DNA of 64,000 bases from positions 81,282,001-81,346,000 of the forward strand of contig NC_086373.1 in the NCBI RefSeq assembly GCF_036588685.1, read 5' to 3'. How positions within the stretch are numbered: position 1 is the stretch's first letter; each line of letters begins with the position of its first letter. The notes under the pieces were generated by a model, which was not told the origin of the DNA, did no database searches, and was given only the letters and a program-made list of their open reading frames with translations. Source of the stretch: Mytilus trossulus (Eukaryota). Of this stretch, positions 51,538 to 64,000 are shown in pieces. Made by a program: the position numbers and the translations under genes.

Positions 51538-53816
51538 CAAAGACGGTTCACTGGCGCTTTGTTAAGCATACGCTATATTAAAAGAACGATTAAAGACACA
51601 TAATATCTTTAAGAAGCATTGCTATATTATTTCTTTTATATATGAAAAAGAATGCACACACAGAGTTTTAGATGATATGTTGCTGGATATAATAGTAAGG
51701 AGATATGGTATATTTGCCAATGAGACAACTATCCACCGAAGGTCAAATGTAGTGGATGTATAATAAGCAAGCCGGGTGCAGGATTTTCTCGCTGCTCTTT
51801 GGCCGAGTTGTTGTCTCTTTAACACATTTGCCATTTCTATTCTCAATTTAATGTTTAGTGTCTGAGAAACGAAAACGACCATACATCTTTTAAAATTGGC
51901 CACTGAACATTGAAAATGAGGTCCAGTCCGATAAAACCTACCAGACTGACTTGCAACCATTCCGTACACCAATTGAATAATTAGTTCACTAAACATATTG
52001 CTTACAGATACTATCGGATACTAATAGACATCATGAACACCTCTACGGGTTACACTAGTGGGGAACACTCTGTGTAATTCTGTGAACACAGTGACAGTGT
52101 TGTGTTATTTTGTTTGTCTTTACGTGGTCTTTCGTTTTTCTGACATGGCGCTGTCCTTTTATTTACACTCATTCCATGCACGTAGTATAGTTAACCTATA
52201 GGTTAGAGTACCTGAGATACAACTTGACAACGCAAAATTAACCTTGACCACTGACCATGAAATGAGGTCAAGGTCATATTAATCCTGTCTGACTGGCATG
52301 TATATTAAACACATCCCCCCAACATGGTTGTCCCATCAACAACAACTGATGAACACATGGCATTTTTATAAATGATATGAAGTGTGCATGTTTACAACTT
52401 TCCGGCTGAAATGTGAATTTAATAAGAATTTGAAGTCGAGACGGGAGTTTTAGCCTTCAATTCAACAAATATCTAGTTTTTCAAGAACACCCGGATCTTA
52501 ATTATGTAAGATTATAAGATTTTAACAGGAAAGCAAATTATATTATAAGATAGTTTCCGTCTGACATATAACATTATGTCACACAATGATCACATTTTCA
52601 CAGCAATCACTTTAAATACATATATTCATCTATCGCGACCGTTTTGAAATATATGGCATTTTCATCCAAAAACATGTTCTGTCGGGGAAACCAACGTTAT
52701 AAGATCCTTCATTGTAGTATAATATATGCATGTCTACATTGTTTTCGTTTCGACTTGAATTATAAAATAGTTTTTTTATGAACAGCTGCTAAAAAGCATT
52801 GATCATTCTATATTATATAAATTATATATAAAAATTATAAATTGTAAATCAATTTGTTCAAACTAACTTACCAGTTTCCTTTACGTACTCGGATATGAAA
52901 GTGTGTGACAGTCCTTCTCAATAACAAACTATTTTGAGAAGAGTTCATGAATATAATTTAAAGTTTATAAAAAAAAGTTAACACTTGTCTTTAATATACT
53001 AATTATAACTTGATTGATTTTCAAATCAGGTATTTGTAATACAATTTTCACTTTTGTAGAACAAATAATAAATATGGAACAAACTACTAGATAAAATTAA
53101 CAAAGCTCCCTCATAAAATAAATGCCTCCACAAACTGACCAGATAATTGGTCTGATGAAGAGATCTATTACAATGACTATACAGAGCCGTAAGTCACGAA
53201 CAAAATAGTATGCAAAATAACTTAGAGATCCTGTACTGGAAATCAGGAGTCAAAAGTTTGCCATATGTCACCGACTATAGGAATATAGACAGGCTAATAG
53301 TACATTTTGCCTCCAAAAGATGCAAGCAGTTTGTGTCTCACCAATATGTGTGCGTATATAAGAAAATATACTCCTATATTTACTTTGTTATCCCGACAAT
53401 GGCAAGGCTGGTAATACAGAAAAGTGTAATTAACCCTTTTTAGAAAGCGATTTACGTGAATGTATAAATTGTTACGATTTTCCCCCTTTTTGCCGGGAAG
53501 CGTTTCAAGATTTCAAGATTTTTTAATTGTGCATTCGGGCGTAGTTTGTGAAAAAAATAGGACACAACAAATACAGTAAAAATACATCTTTATTTAAAAA
53601 TGCAATTCAAAATCGAAAATAAACAAAATAATCAGCCCAATTATATATAAGCAATGCATTTGCGATAGAACCAAAAAGATCCGTCACCTCTTTAACAACT
53701 TATAGAAATTATAAAGCAATGATTTCAATAAATGTTACATTAGTTTTTTCTATGTTGAAGAGAAAATGATCATAGAAATACTGAAGAAAAAAATCAGTGC
53801 AAAGAAATTTTTAAAG

Positions 53817-56800
53817 TCATGTATTCTTAAGCACGTCATTGTACATCTTGTAGACATCACTAAAACTTGTTTCGTTGACAGTAAATCCGAGCTCATTGAT
53901 GCGCTTCAAAGCCCACGGTAAATCTTTATTGTACTGTAATGCCGCTGCCAGGACGCCAATAAATGCTGAAATAAATCAGTTTAGATACTATAACGTGTTT
54001 ATGTGAATTAAAATGCAATTTGGATGTCATCATATTTTACCGTATAGAGGATTATATTAGCGGAGTGTAAATATTCACGGATAGAACAAATCGCCAAAAT
54101 AAATTCCGTCAATTGAAAAGTGCACAAGCAAAGGTATTGAGAAAAGTTTTGAATCCGCCAAAATAATAATCGCAATATATTTCATATACCTTATTAAATG
54201 AAAATCGCGAAATTTTACACCAGGTAAAATAACTCGCTAGATACGGTAGTATATACGGGAGAATTAATATACTATACAAATCAAAGGTGCCTAATGTTGC
54301 GAATTTTTTTTTTTTTTTAAAAGATCTATTCTTTGTAATTATTCATTGTACTAGATTTGTAGATGCGCAAGACGGTAATTCTATAAAAAAAAAATTAACT
54401 TGGGCCACATTCTCGAGATGAAAACTCTTTTTTTTTAAATTTCCTGTTGTCATTAGGACTAAGGTTCTTCCAAAGAATGCATTCAGGTTATCTGCAGTAT
54501 GACCATATGTGCAGCCATAAACATTACTGGGTGCACACGTTAGTCTAAACTAAGATAAACAAAAAATAATAGGAGTCAACACGGCCATATTTGTCAGAAG
54601 GTAAAGGAACCTCAAAAACGCATGGTGCAACTATCATGCATAATGGTATCGTTGACCGAGATTGAAAAAAGTAAACTAGAAATTGATGGGTAATGATAAA
54701 TCATAAACACATGTTGTTTCTATTAGATATATTTGTCAGTAAGACACAAACAATTATGGGGTTTTACAAAGATAAAGGATAACAAGAATGTGTCCAAAGT
54801 ACACGGATGCCCCACTCGCACTATCATTTTCCATGTTCAATGGACCGTGAAATTGGGTCAAAGTAAAACTTGGCTTAAAAATTAGAAAGATCATAACATA
54901 AGAAACATGTGTACTAAGTTTGAAGTTGATTGGACTTCAGCTTCATCAAAAACAACCTCGACCAAAAACTTTGAACTGAAGCAGGACAGACGGACGGACG
55001 AACGAACGGACGGTACGACAAACGGTACGAGTAACGACGGACGGACAAACGGACACACAGACAATAAAACATAATGCCCTTTTACTATCGGTAGGTGGGG
55101 CATAAAAAACAAATTGTTCTGCCCTATGACTTTTTGTTGGTAGTTGACCTTGATTATGGCCACGTTATCTTTATGTATCATGGCCGTTTGACTCCAGGTT
55201 AATGACTCTAGTTGACCTCATCACTGAATGAAAAATAGAATGAGCAAATAATATATTTTCATGGTCTATTAATATTTACCAGCTCTTTTTCCTATAGCAC
55301 AATGAAACAAAACTGGACCGTCTCGTCCTATGTCTAGTAGCTTGTCCTTGTACTGTTGAAATACATCTGCGCTGTATGTTACATTTAAATCTGAAATATA
55401 ATTTTATCTTAATTTTAAATAGGCAAATATAGTATGGAAAACTAATAATCCGTGAATACTGGTGCACATTTAGGAATATTACTTCATTTGCTTTAGCTGG
55501 TAAGCTGAAAAAGTTATAAATGAAGTTGATTTAAAAATGAAAGAAATAAAGCTTGACAACCAGAGCATGTAGAAATTTATGATGCAAATATCAAATGTTT
55601 TGTAAACATATTAAAAAGTTGTAACTATGGTTATAAACAATGTTTAACAGTTAATAACGGAGCAGTAATTTCAATGTTTTTTTCTTACGGGACCTTTGAT
55701 TTACTTCAGGAGAAATTTTACCTAAATTTCATACTGGACATTCATTTCACCTTATTGCAAATAAAATAAAAGCGCATACATTCAAAAACATTTTTTTTCG
55801 TCTTTTTTTCTATAATATTCACTTCACTTTAAATGTTATTTTTAGAAATTCTTAAATTTGTAAGATTAAAAAGCAACCATACCTAAAGGTAAATGGTAAT
55901 ATTTCAATGATGATTCCTTAAAATGTTTGCTTTCAATTTCTTCATTAAAGCCAATTTCGTCACCATACTCCTCGGCGTTCTGGGTTTCATAATTAACCAT
56001 TGATGAAGGAGATATATGTTTTCTGTCCAAGGCTGGATCTAAGACCACTTTTTCCAAAGTCGATTGTGTTTGTCGCACAGGGTTATAGTTCTCGTCATAA
56101 GTATTGACGTTGTCTGGTATGTTGATGAGATTTACAGTCTCTTGTGAAGGATTGCTGTCCAAAGTTTTACCCATCCGCATATTGATGACCGATTTAAATC
56201 CATGAGCTTCCAGTTCCTTTAAATGCCCCCTTCTAATCTGACCGGCAGTAAACCAATTCTTATACACAGGATGAGCAAGCCAATATCCTAACCAATTTTG
56301 ATATGCATCACATTTTGGTGGGTTACTAACGATTGGCTCACCTGTTATTTCTGCAACAACCGATTTCAACTTATCTGCTGTGAAATCCATTCCCATTAGA
56401 GCACTCATTTTATAGAATTTCTCACTGTTAACTTTTGGTTCGTATTTAGAGTCCAGTTTTGACATGTGAGCCGTATGCAATAATGTTGTAAAAGCTACAG
56501 CTTGTGGTTGACTGCCATAGAGCAAAATTGGGTTCTCCATTTCAATAATTGAGTGGGTTAGTTTCTCAACTGCTTTAACACAAGCCCAGTCTTCGTTCTC
56601 TTTCAGAATGGCATCAAACTGAAGACCGGCAATCTTTGCAGCATATTTGGCATCTAATACAGATGCTAGTTGTTCACCCCCAAACTGACCAGGGTCGTTT
56701 TCTTGGTATAGAGATATAACGCCATTAAATCCTCCATCATGTGCGTATTTTATTTGCGTTTCTGTTAATCCTCCAGCAACATAAAGTTTTGGTGTCACTT

Positions 56801-56960
56801 CTTTTGCCCACCATAATTTCTTTGATGATTTGAATCCAGGAGCACTTCTTGGGGACAAAGTATCAAGGCGAAAATCAACACCTCCTGACGACATAGAGCG
56901 AAAAAAGAAAATTCCATACTGAACAACTGCTGTATTCCTCTTTGCTATTCTAACAACCAT
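53817..56960 (-). CDS. Tandem DUF442/TIGR01244-like (sulfurtransferase / PTP-fold) domain protein
   Basis: Exons 56960 (or 56894)-55883, 55390-55280 and 53965-53817, GT-AG and in phase. Domain 1: LYVAGGL..GGFNGVISL..AAKIAGLQF..PILLYGSQ. Domain 2: WFTAGQI..ELEAHGFKSVINMR..LKYYHLPL..GPVLFHCAIGKRAAFIGVLAAA..WALKRINELGF. Confidence 0.8.
54040..54246. mobile_element. Tc1/mariner(pogo)-type MITE with TA TSD
   Basis: ta|ccgtatagaggattat...ataactcgctagatacgg|ta. Confidence 0.6.
54781..55109 (+). mobile_element. Short HINE/pearl-like element
   Basis: aacaagaatgtgtcc..atgcccc start, gacg microsatellite, 3' atgccc...ggggcataaaaaa. Confidence 0.7.
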
Positions 56961-57357
56961 TATGCTAGTGAATTGCGCACTTATAATATAGTCAATGATG
57001 ATAAATATATGACCTCCGTGACCTATTGCTTTCATAACAGAGATTTAAATTTGTATGGCATGCTGAGGCAGTCATAAAGTAAAATCAATAAAGGATTATG
57101 ATATGTAAACAACTTCGTCTGATATATCGAAGTGAGTTTTTCGGATAGATAAATTAAAGTGGTAAGTTATATGAATTATGAAATATTTGACTAGAGCCGT
57201 CATTATTCTTTTTTTTATTGTTTAAAAACATGTACCAATAAAGTTTTTGAAAGATCATATATTAATTTCATGTTTGTTCTTTATGTGCTTGATCAAAATT
57301 CATATACATTTCAATATCATTGATGTTTTATATGTTTGGAGATAAATTTATACGGGC

Positions 57358-58389
57358 CAGGGGCGGATCCAGGATTTTCAGTTAGGGGGGGCGCAAATTT
57401 TATTTTCGACGAGCGGAGCGAGGCGAAAATTTTTTTTGAGTTTTTTTTTTTAGCTAAAATTATTGAAATATTCTTCTAAAGGGGTGAAATGTAGATATCT
57501 CGAACTAAAGATTGTGTGTTTAAATTAGCGAGGAATTAAAGTTTCAAGCTGAAACCGCCTTAATCCACACCTGACAACAATCTACACTGAGATAGACGGG
57601 CGGACAGACGGACGCAAAGTGTGACGATATCACAATTGCTCACCTGACCAATATATTTTTCAAACTAAAAATGATATCTACCAGCGATTTTCAATTGTCC
57701 TTTCATACTATCTGCTTTTTAAAATACTTTTTTGTTTTTCGGAGGTCGTGCGAGACTTTACTGTGTTCGCCACAAACAACTAAAATCAGAATGAGATGCA
57801 TTTACGCAGTTATATCTATTTTCTTGGGATCCCAAGCATACGATAATACGGTACAGCATTCGGCTGAATATTTAGGTTGCAAGTGAGAAATACATATAGA
57901 CAAAGAGATACAAATTAATAAAACTAACCTTTCGCTTGAAACAGTATTTCTATATATATCTTTCAATAAAAGAATTTCACATGCCGACTGTTTTCTTGAC
58001 TGTGTCATGATGAAATTGTGAAATTTAAGTGAGTAAGGGATGTTTTGGAACTTCGATTATCAATAAAATTGATTATAAAAACCGAAAATTCTATGTAACA
58101 TTTTTTTTTACTTTAACTGCTAAAAACCGATTATCGATTTGTCATCAAACGCAGCTCCGCGTTTGACACTTTCCTTTGAAATTATTTATTGAACTTTAAT
58201 AAAGCGTTGGTCAGTTGATTAGTAATCATGTTGATTCTGTTAAACTGACTGCATGTTTTATATAATTTGAATGTTAAAAAAGATTGAATGGTCTCTTCTG
58301 ATACTTTAATATGTTGAAGTCAAACCATGCTTTGCAAATTTTAGGGGGGGGGCGCACGCCCGCCACGCCCCCGCCTAAATCCGCCCCTG
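57358..58389. mobile_element. 1.03-kb non-autonomous TIR element with 5-bp TSD (hAT5-like)
   Basis: caggggcggatccagg...cctaaatccgcccctg; TSD cgggc at 57353-57357 and 58390-58394. Confidence 0.8.
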
Positions 58390-58461
58390 CGGGCACTATA
58401 CAGATCAAGTTTAAACCATAAACTGTCTATTGAGCGCTTAAATCGAGGCACACATGCAGTC

Positions 58462-61400
58462 TAGTCTCGATCATCCAGCCGCTTTATTTTTCAAAGTAGA
58501 GCGTCTGGATGACAAGTGATATAAAAATGGTAATTTATGACATTCGGAATAGTATCGGATTTTTTAGCTTGTATTTAAAGATAATGTCCAAGACGAATAA
58601 CCAAGAAGTTGGTTATTGACTTCGGAAGAAATTACATTACGATAATACTATTGAAAAGCCCGAGTGTACCGATTGTTGTTTAAAGCTATTTATATTTTTC
58701 TGTGACGACATACAAGTCGTGGAAAACACCAGACAGCATGGCTTCCATCACCGCATAGGAAAATAACAGCACATCAAACTTTGGTAAGATATAATCATAA
58801 TATAACAACACAAACTGTTACATAAATTTTAATACAACCTGAAACACTGAGTAGTTATATTCTTTCATGTATGTCCGTGCTACGCAAGCAGTTAATAATA
58901 TAATAAATGGCAATTTTTGTATTGACTGGGACCACTCGAACAGTCTATAAATACGCTATAAATACATTTTGTGGTTGATTTGTATTATCTTTAACTTTAT
59001 AAATTTTATTGAAAGTGCTATGAAATATGAACTTCATCCAGGATAAGTTTGTTGTATCTGTCTGCAATGTATAATGGAGTACGCATTTTGAAATGTGTAA
59101 AAAAAAAAGGGGAGGAATGATGCGCAATGTTGTACACATTTAAAAGAGGGAAAGCAATCCAAAACCATTAGCAGAAGAAAACCAAACAAAGTACATCTAG
59201 AAGATGCCAATTTGAACATATACCAAACGGTGTAAATGATTTGTGCTCGATTTTTTTTAAACAAATGCATTTAGCTTAAACAAACATAGAAGAAGTGGGA
59301 CACGTTGTTATAAAAAGTAGTTTAAATATACTGTTAGTAAACAAAGTCTGGACTGGTCAACTGGACAATACTTTTTTTGCACTTTTAAAAGGCATTTTTT
59401 CCATACTAAAAAAAAAATCATAAAAGAAATCATACAATGTTGTCGGTGAATATATACCAATTGGCTTTCTAAACCTTAAAATAAAAACATGGCATGAGGA
59501 AAACACTGAAAATTCGATTTTATGCAAAACAATAGATCCAGCATCAATGAAAGGAGGTCTCAATGAGGCAACAACCGATGACTGATCCCAGTGATATACA
59601 TTACCAAAAGTAGACATCAACATAATTAAGAGGACATACTGTTGACTTAAACAAAAGTTGAGAATAAAAGTACCAAAAGGTCAACATTATAAAAATAAGA
59701 AGATGTGGTTTGAATATCAATGAAACAGTTATCCACCCCAAGTTCAAACAAGGTGGATGTGAGCACTTATAGGCAACGGTATGGCCTTCAATAATGATAA
59801 CAGTTCATGCATGATTTTGATAGAGATTACAAACAGGGAATGTGTCAAAGAGACATCAACCCGACAAAAGAACAGGAAACAACCAATGCTACCAATGGGT
59901 TGTGTCATCAACACAGCGAGATAATCTTGCATGCCGTAGCGGGATTCAGCTTGCACCAAGATATTTTAAAATGTTTATTTATATATGATGTTTTTTCCAA
60001 ACATTTTGTTTTTCATATATGCTATGCTGGTGACCAAAAATTAATATGATTTTAACATTTACTTTCTTTTGTAGACAAACCAATGAAGATTTCTGGACAC
60101 AGATATTATGTGTAAAATGTGAAGAATTAAAAAAAAATCTATAATACTTGAATTTTCATTGTATCATAAACAGCTCCAATTTTATAAGAAAAAAATATCC
60201 AAAGATTTGTTTTGAAATACTGAAGCTGCCAGCAATCATTATAATCACAGTATAAACATTATACTGACAGCAACCATAAAGCGAAAAAAGGTACACAGAC
60301 AGTCATTAAGTAAATAAAACAAAAATCAAGAATCACATTGTTGTCAGATATGTCAGAGAAATTAAACAAATCAACAATCATATAAGAAATTTAACAGTTT
60401 TCACGTTTGAATTTATCTCATTTACATGTCTGGCCCTTCTCAGTTATTTATATGGTATGGAGTTTTCTTAATATTGAAGGCCCATCAGTGATTATATTTG
60501 CGAACATCCATGTCATTTGAACTTTGCTAGGTTGTTCTCATCAGCAATCATACCAATCTACTTATTTTATGTAAAGGTTCGCATGTACAGGAGAATTTCT
60601 GTGAAGCTGCCCTTAAATCCATGATGGATATTGGAATCAAATTCGTATATAATATATTACGTGTGAACTCAGCATAATAGTTTGTAGTAGGAGAATACAC
60701 TTTTCAGTTATTTTTTTTACAAGTTATGCAGTATGGGACAAATCCCATTCCATCTTTTCCATGTGATTGATTTATACATGTATTCAGAGAGTATTAAATT
60801 GGGTTTCATGAATGACTGGTTAACTTATGTATTTCCTCATGGACACGGAGACTGACAAAGTGGTATTGTGTGAACATTGGTCCCTAAATGTTTTCTTCCC
60901 AAAAGGATTAGGCGATATAGATTATTGTGAAACATTCAGACTATTCTGTCGTTTGCAATTTTAAGATCAGTTAATTTTGTAAATAAAAAGTTGGCTCATT
61001 GTATGATCTCACTAATCTGCCAGTAATAAGTTGTTATGGAGGATTTTCTACATTGAAATCTCAGTATTTGTATGAGTTGTTTTTCTTTCCATAAACGTAA
61101 CTTGATGTGTGCTTTTCGAGTTAGGTAAGTGCGTCAGATATCTGAAAGATTATATAAAAAGGAAAGCATAAATTATAACAAGGATTTACAGAAATAAGAA
61201 TAACGAGACAAAACTAAGAAAAAAGGGGGGAAAATAAAGAATACAGACTAATGTGGATACAATATAAATTGTTGGTTGCTTATAACGTCAAGTGGAAAAT
61301 ATTTCATAGAATAGAGAGTGTATGCTATAATACAAATATAGAAAAATGACATTTTATCGAGCATTTTATAGTATGAAGATAAGAGAATATTAAACGTGGT

Positions 61401-62119
61401 GTTTTATAATATAAAAATAGATTGATTTTGGGTTGCTTGGTTATCGTCTTGTGGTAAATATTGGTATTAAATGTTCAGGACTGAAAAAATGACAATAAAT
61501 ATAAAGATGAGGTCCTAGATTATAGGCCGTTCGGGATACATGTCGGAGAAACTATAATTCACCAGAAAATTAGGGTATATTGTATGGCTTTATGTACAAC
61601 GGTCCACCTATACGGATACCTGGGCTCTCTTAGCGCATAGCGGAGCGTGATACCCCCTATACACAAACAGTGGCTGATCCAGACCTTGTTATAATGAGGG
61701 CACTCTACAGTCATGCTACATTGTTTCTTTATATAATCAACCAAATTTTTCCCACGAAAAAAAATTCTGTCTTAATTCTTAATTATTTTTTTTTACATGT
61801 GACACAAAATTCAGGAAAAATGACCACCGCTATAAATTACAGTTTTCGATCGTTTTTTTAAATTTGCCATCTGCAAGTTGGGCAAAATAGGGTCAACTAC
61901 AAAATGTCAGTTTTAATAATCACATAACTTTTATACATGTAACGTTACAATGTTTACTGTTTACATTAATTGTTTTTAAATAGAATGGGGATACCGGAAG
62001 TGCTATTTATAGATATGTTCTATATTTAATTATTTGTTACGCCCCCTATAAATATCTGACCAGTCCGGTTAATCACCCCAGACGCTATATTTAAATATGC
62101 GTCTGGGTTATCGAGACTA
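58462..62119. mobile_element. 3.66-kb TIR element with TAG..CTA ends and 10-bp TSD (AcademH-like, non-autonomous)
   Basis: Left end tagtctcgatcatccagccgc; right end reverse complement tagtctcgataacccagacgc. Perfect TSD acatgcagtc at 58452-58461 and 62120-62129. Confidence 0.75.
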
Positions 62120-62665
62120 ACATGCAGTCATGTTAAATTCATTACTACGGAGTCCGGTTAGTGTCAGACTGGAGTTGAGTTTTGTTTTTAAGGTGGTATG
62201 GGTGTCTTCCGCCATCTGTATCTGAATCTGTTTTAGGAAATCCCTCCTTCAAAGGAGCACTTAGCAATGAATATGATCAAAGGTCCAGATTTTCTATCAA
62301 GTTAGCAAAATTTGATGCAGGAATGCAGACATTTAATGTGAATTTTCATTTAAAGAACCAATTTATAAGAATATAACTTATAAATATTAATATTTTTGCA
62401 AATGTTGATTAGTTTTGGTTGTTTTGATTATTTTGTAAATTGTCATTTTAAGGGGAGGTAACTCTAAAACAGTTCATTTTTCTGAAGGATTCTACATGGA
62501 ATTTTCCTATTTTGTATTTTAGCCAGAAAAAACGTACGGTGACCCTATCTTTTCTTTTGATATTCTCAAAGCATTGTATGAAAGCTATCTTTTCCTTAAG
62601 TATATTACAATTCTATCATTTTGTTTATTTTCTAATCACAAAATGGTGTTTTTTCCTGTATAATC

Positions 62666-62875
62666 CACAGGCGCTTGGGTCTATGATACAGATTTTTTTT
62701 TTTTTTTTTTTTTTTTTATTAAAATATTCAATTTTTTATATTTATAATACATATCTATCACTTCTATGCATGTCTCACTAAGTTTCCAGTGATTTAAACG
62801 ACCCAGAGAAAATACCCAATTTTACTATCCATACTAAGAAATTTGTAATATTTATCATAGACCCAAGGGCCTGTG
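62666..62875. mobile_element. MITE with CACAGGC ends and a degenerate 8-bp TSD
   Basis: cacaggcgcttgggtctatgata...tatcatagacccaagggcctgtg; flanks gtataatc/gtatgaac. Confidence 0.7.
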
Positions 62876-63530
62876 GTATGAACAAGTTCTATCATTTTTA
62901 TTTTAGACTCCCATACCACCTCAAGTCATCATAACGTTTGTGATAACTCGTTGTAACAACTCATTTAACGACTTTGCTACTTCTTCTACTAAGACTTAGC
63001 TAAGTAATTACAACGAGTTAACTTTTAAAGTTTTAAGTAAGATATTTGGTGTATGTATTATTTATAATGTGCATATGTCTGTTCGATAATCTTACCTTGA
63101 CCTATTTTTAATGTTTCTTTGAATAATGTTTAGTTTTTGTATTTTGATCTGTTTTCGATAAGCATAGAGTAAAACAGTATGTCAACTATACTGAACGGCT
63201 TTAGAAACGTAACACTCATTTTGTTGATTTTTTTACTATATCTTTTTTTATTCTCTTACAACTACTTTTCATGCTTATCATGCTTCTTTCTCCTTACAAA
63301 AAATAAATTCTGACTTACCTGTGGTTATTGAACATACCGAATTTTTAAAGTCGCACGAATTTCTTAAAGCGAAATTTTGGTCCCATGAAAGATTGTTTCA
63401 GTTTTTATTGCTTTGTGAAACAGTTCTTACAATCCTTTGCCTTACTTAATTTTTTTTTTAAAGTTGCATCTCCATTTTGCCAAGTCTGAGAAATAATAAA
63501 AACAAAGAACTGAATTAGCCCTTAAGAATA

Positions 63531-63612
63531 CTGCAAACATGAAAACATAAATGTGCTGCAAACATGAAAACATAAATGTGCTGCAAACATGAAAACATAA
63601 ATGTGCTGCAAC
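63531..63612. repeat. 25-bp tandem repeat, 3 copies
   Basis: ctgcaaacatgaaaacataaatgtg repeated. Confidence 0.85.
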
Positions 63613-64000
63613 CATACCGTATGACTTCAGAAACTCGTTCTACTGTCCTTCCGACAACGATACAAGTAGACAAGATTTGTTGCTGTCCATCAATGAACCG
63701 TGATCAACGTGTAGGGACAATGAAACATCAACAGAATTTGATTATGCAAAGTCATTTGCCAATCATGTTTACAGCCGCAACGTCAACTGCTAACCAAATT
63801 GCCGAGTGCCATTGAGTACAGATTCATGCCATAAATAATTCTCATGAACTGCATTGCCAAAGAATTGACTGAAGGAAAACCTGTAAAGCCATCAAGTTCC
63901 AACCGCATAATTGCCAAAACCAATTAATGGGTTGAACAAATGCAAAATCAGAAGGTGTAAAACAGAACCCAAAAAAAGTCAGACAAAATTTCTTGACCTT

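Noticed and set aside
55866-57035. Bacterial contamination explaining the DUF442-like ORF
   Set aside because: The gene has two GT-AG introns containing host-type MITEs, and its catalytic motif lies on a separate exon.
63320-64000. Possible exon (donor near 63319) or decayed coding sequence at the right edge
   Set aside because: The frames I read contain stops and no recognisable motif.

Overview
AT-rich, intron-containing animal DNA. The repeat families look like those of a bivalve mollusc, probably a Mytilus-type mussel (inference). Splicing exons by hand gives these genes: (1) the 5' coding exons of a GRAMD4-like gene running off the left edge (-); (2) a complete 3-coding-exon TMEM168 (-, 689 aa); (3) two tandem SPEC3/Stum-family membrane-protein paralogues (+), one ending in an 8-Cys FYVE-like zinc finger on two small exons missing from the ORF track, and both with PPxY tails (one also PSAP); (4) a tandemly duplicated orphan gene with a repeated YEKPWxDRSAI motif and an Arg/Ser-rich tail (-); (5) a spliced gene for a tandem DUF442/TIGR01244-like sulfurtransferase/phosphatase-fold protein, with HCAIGKR in its second domain only (-). 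The rest is dense mobile DNA: a decayed LINE, three Penelope-like RT fragments, Helentron/HINE-like elements with internal tandem arrays, many TIR elements/MITEs with readable TSDs (including a 3.66-kb AcademH-like element and a nested four-element stack), and a ~1.07-kb tRNA-derived palindrome. All family assignments rest on remembered motifs; no searches were run.
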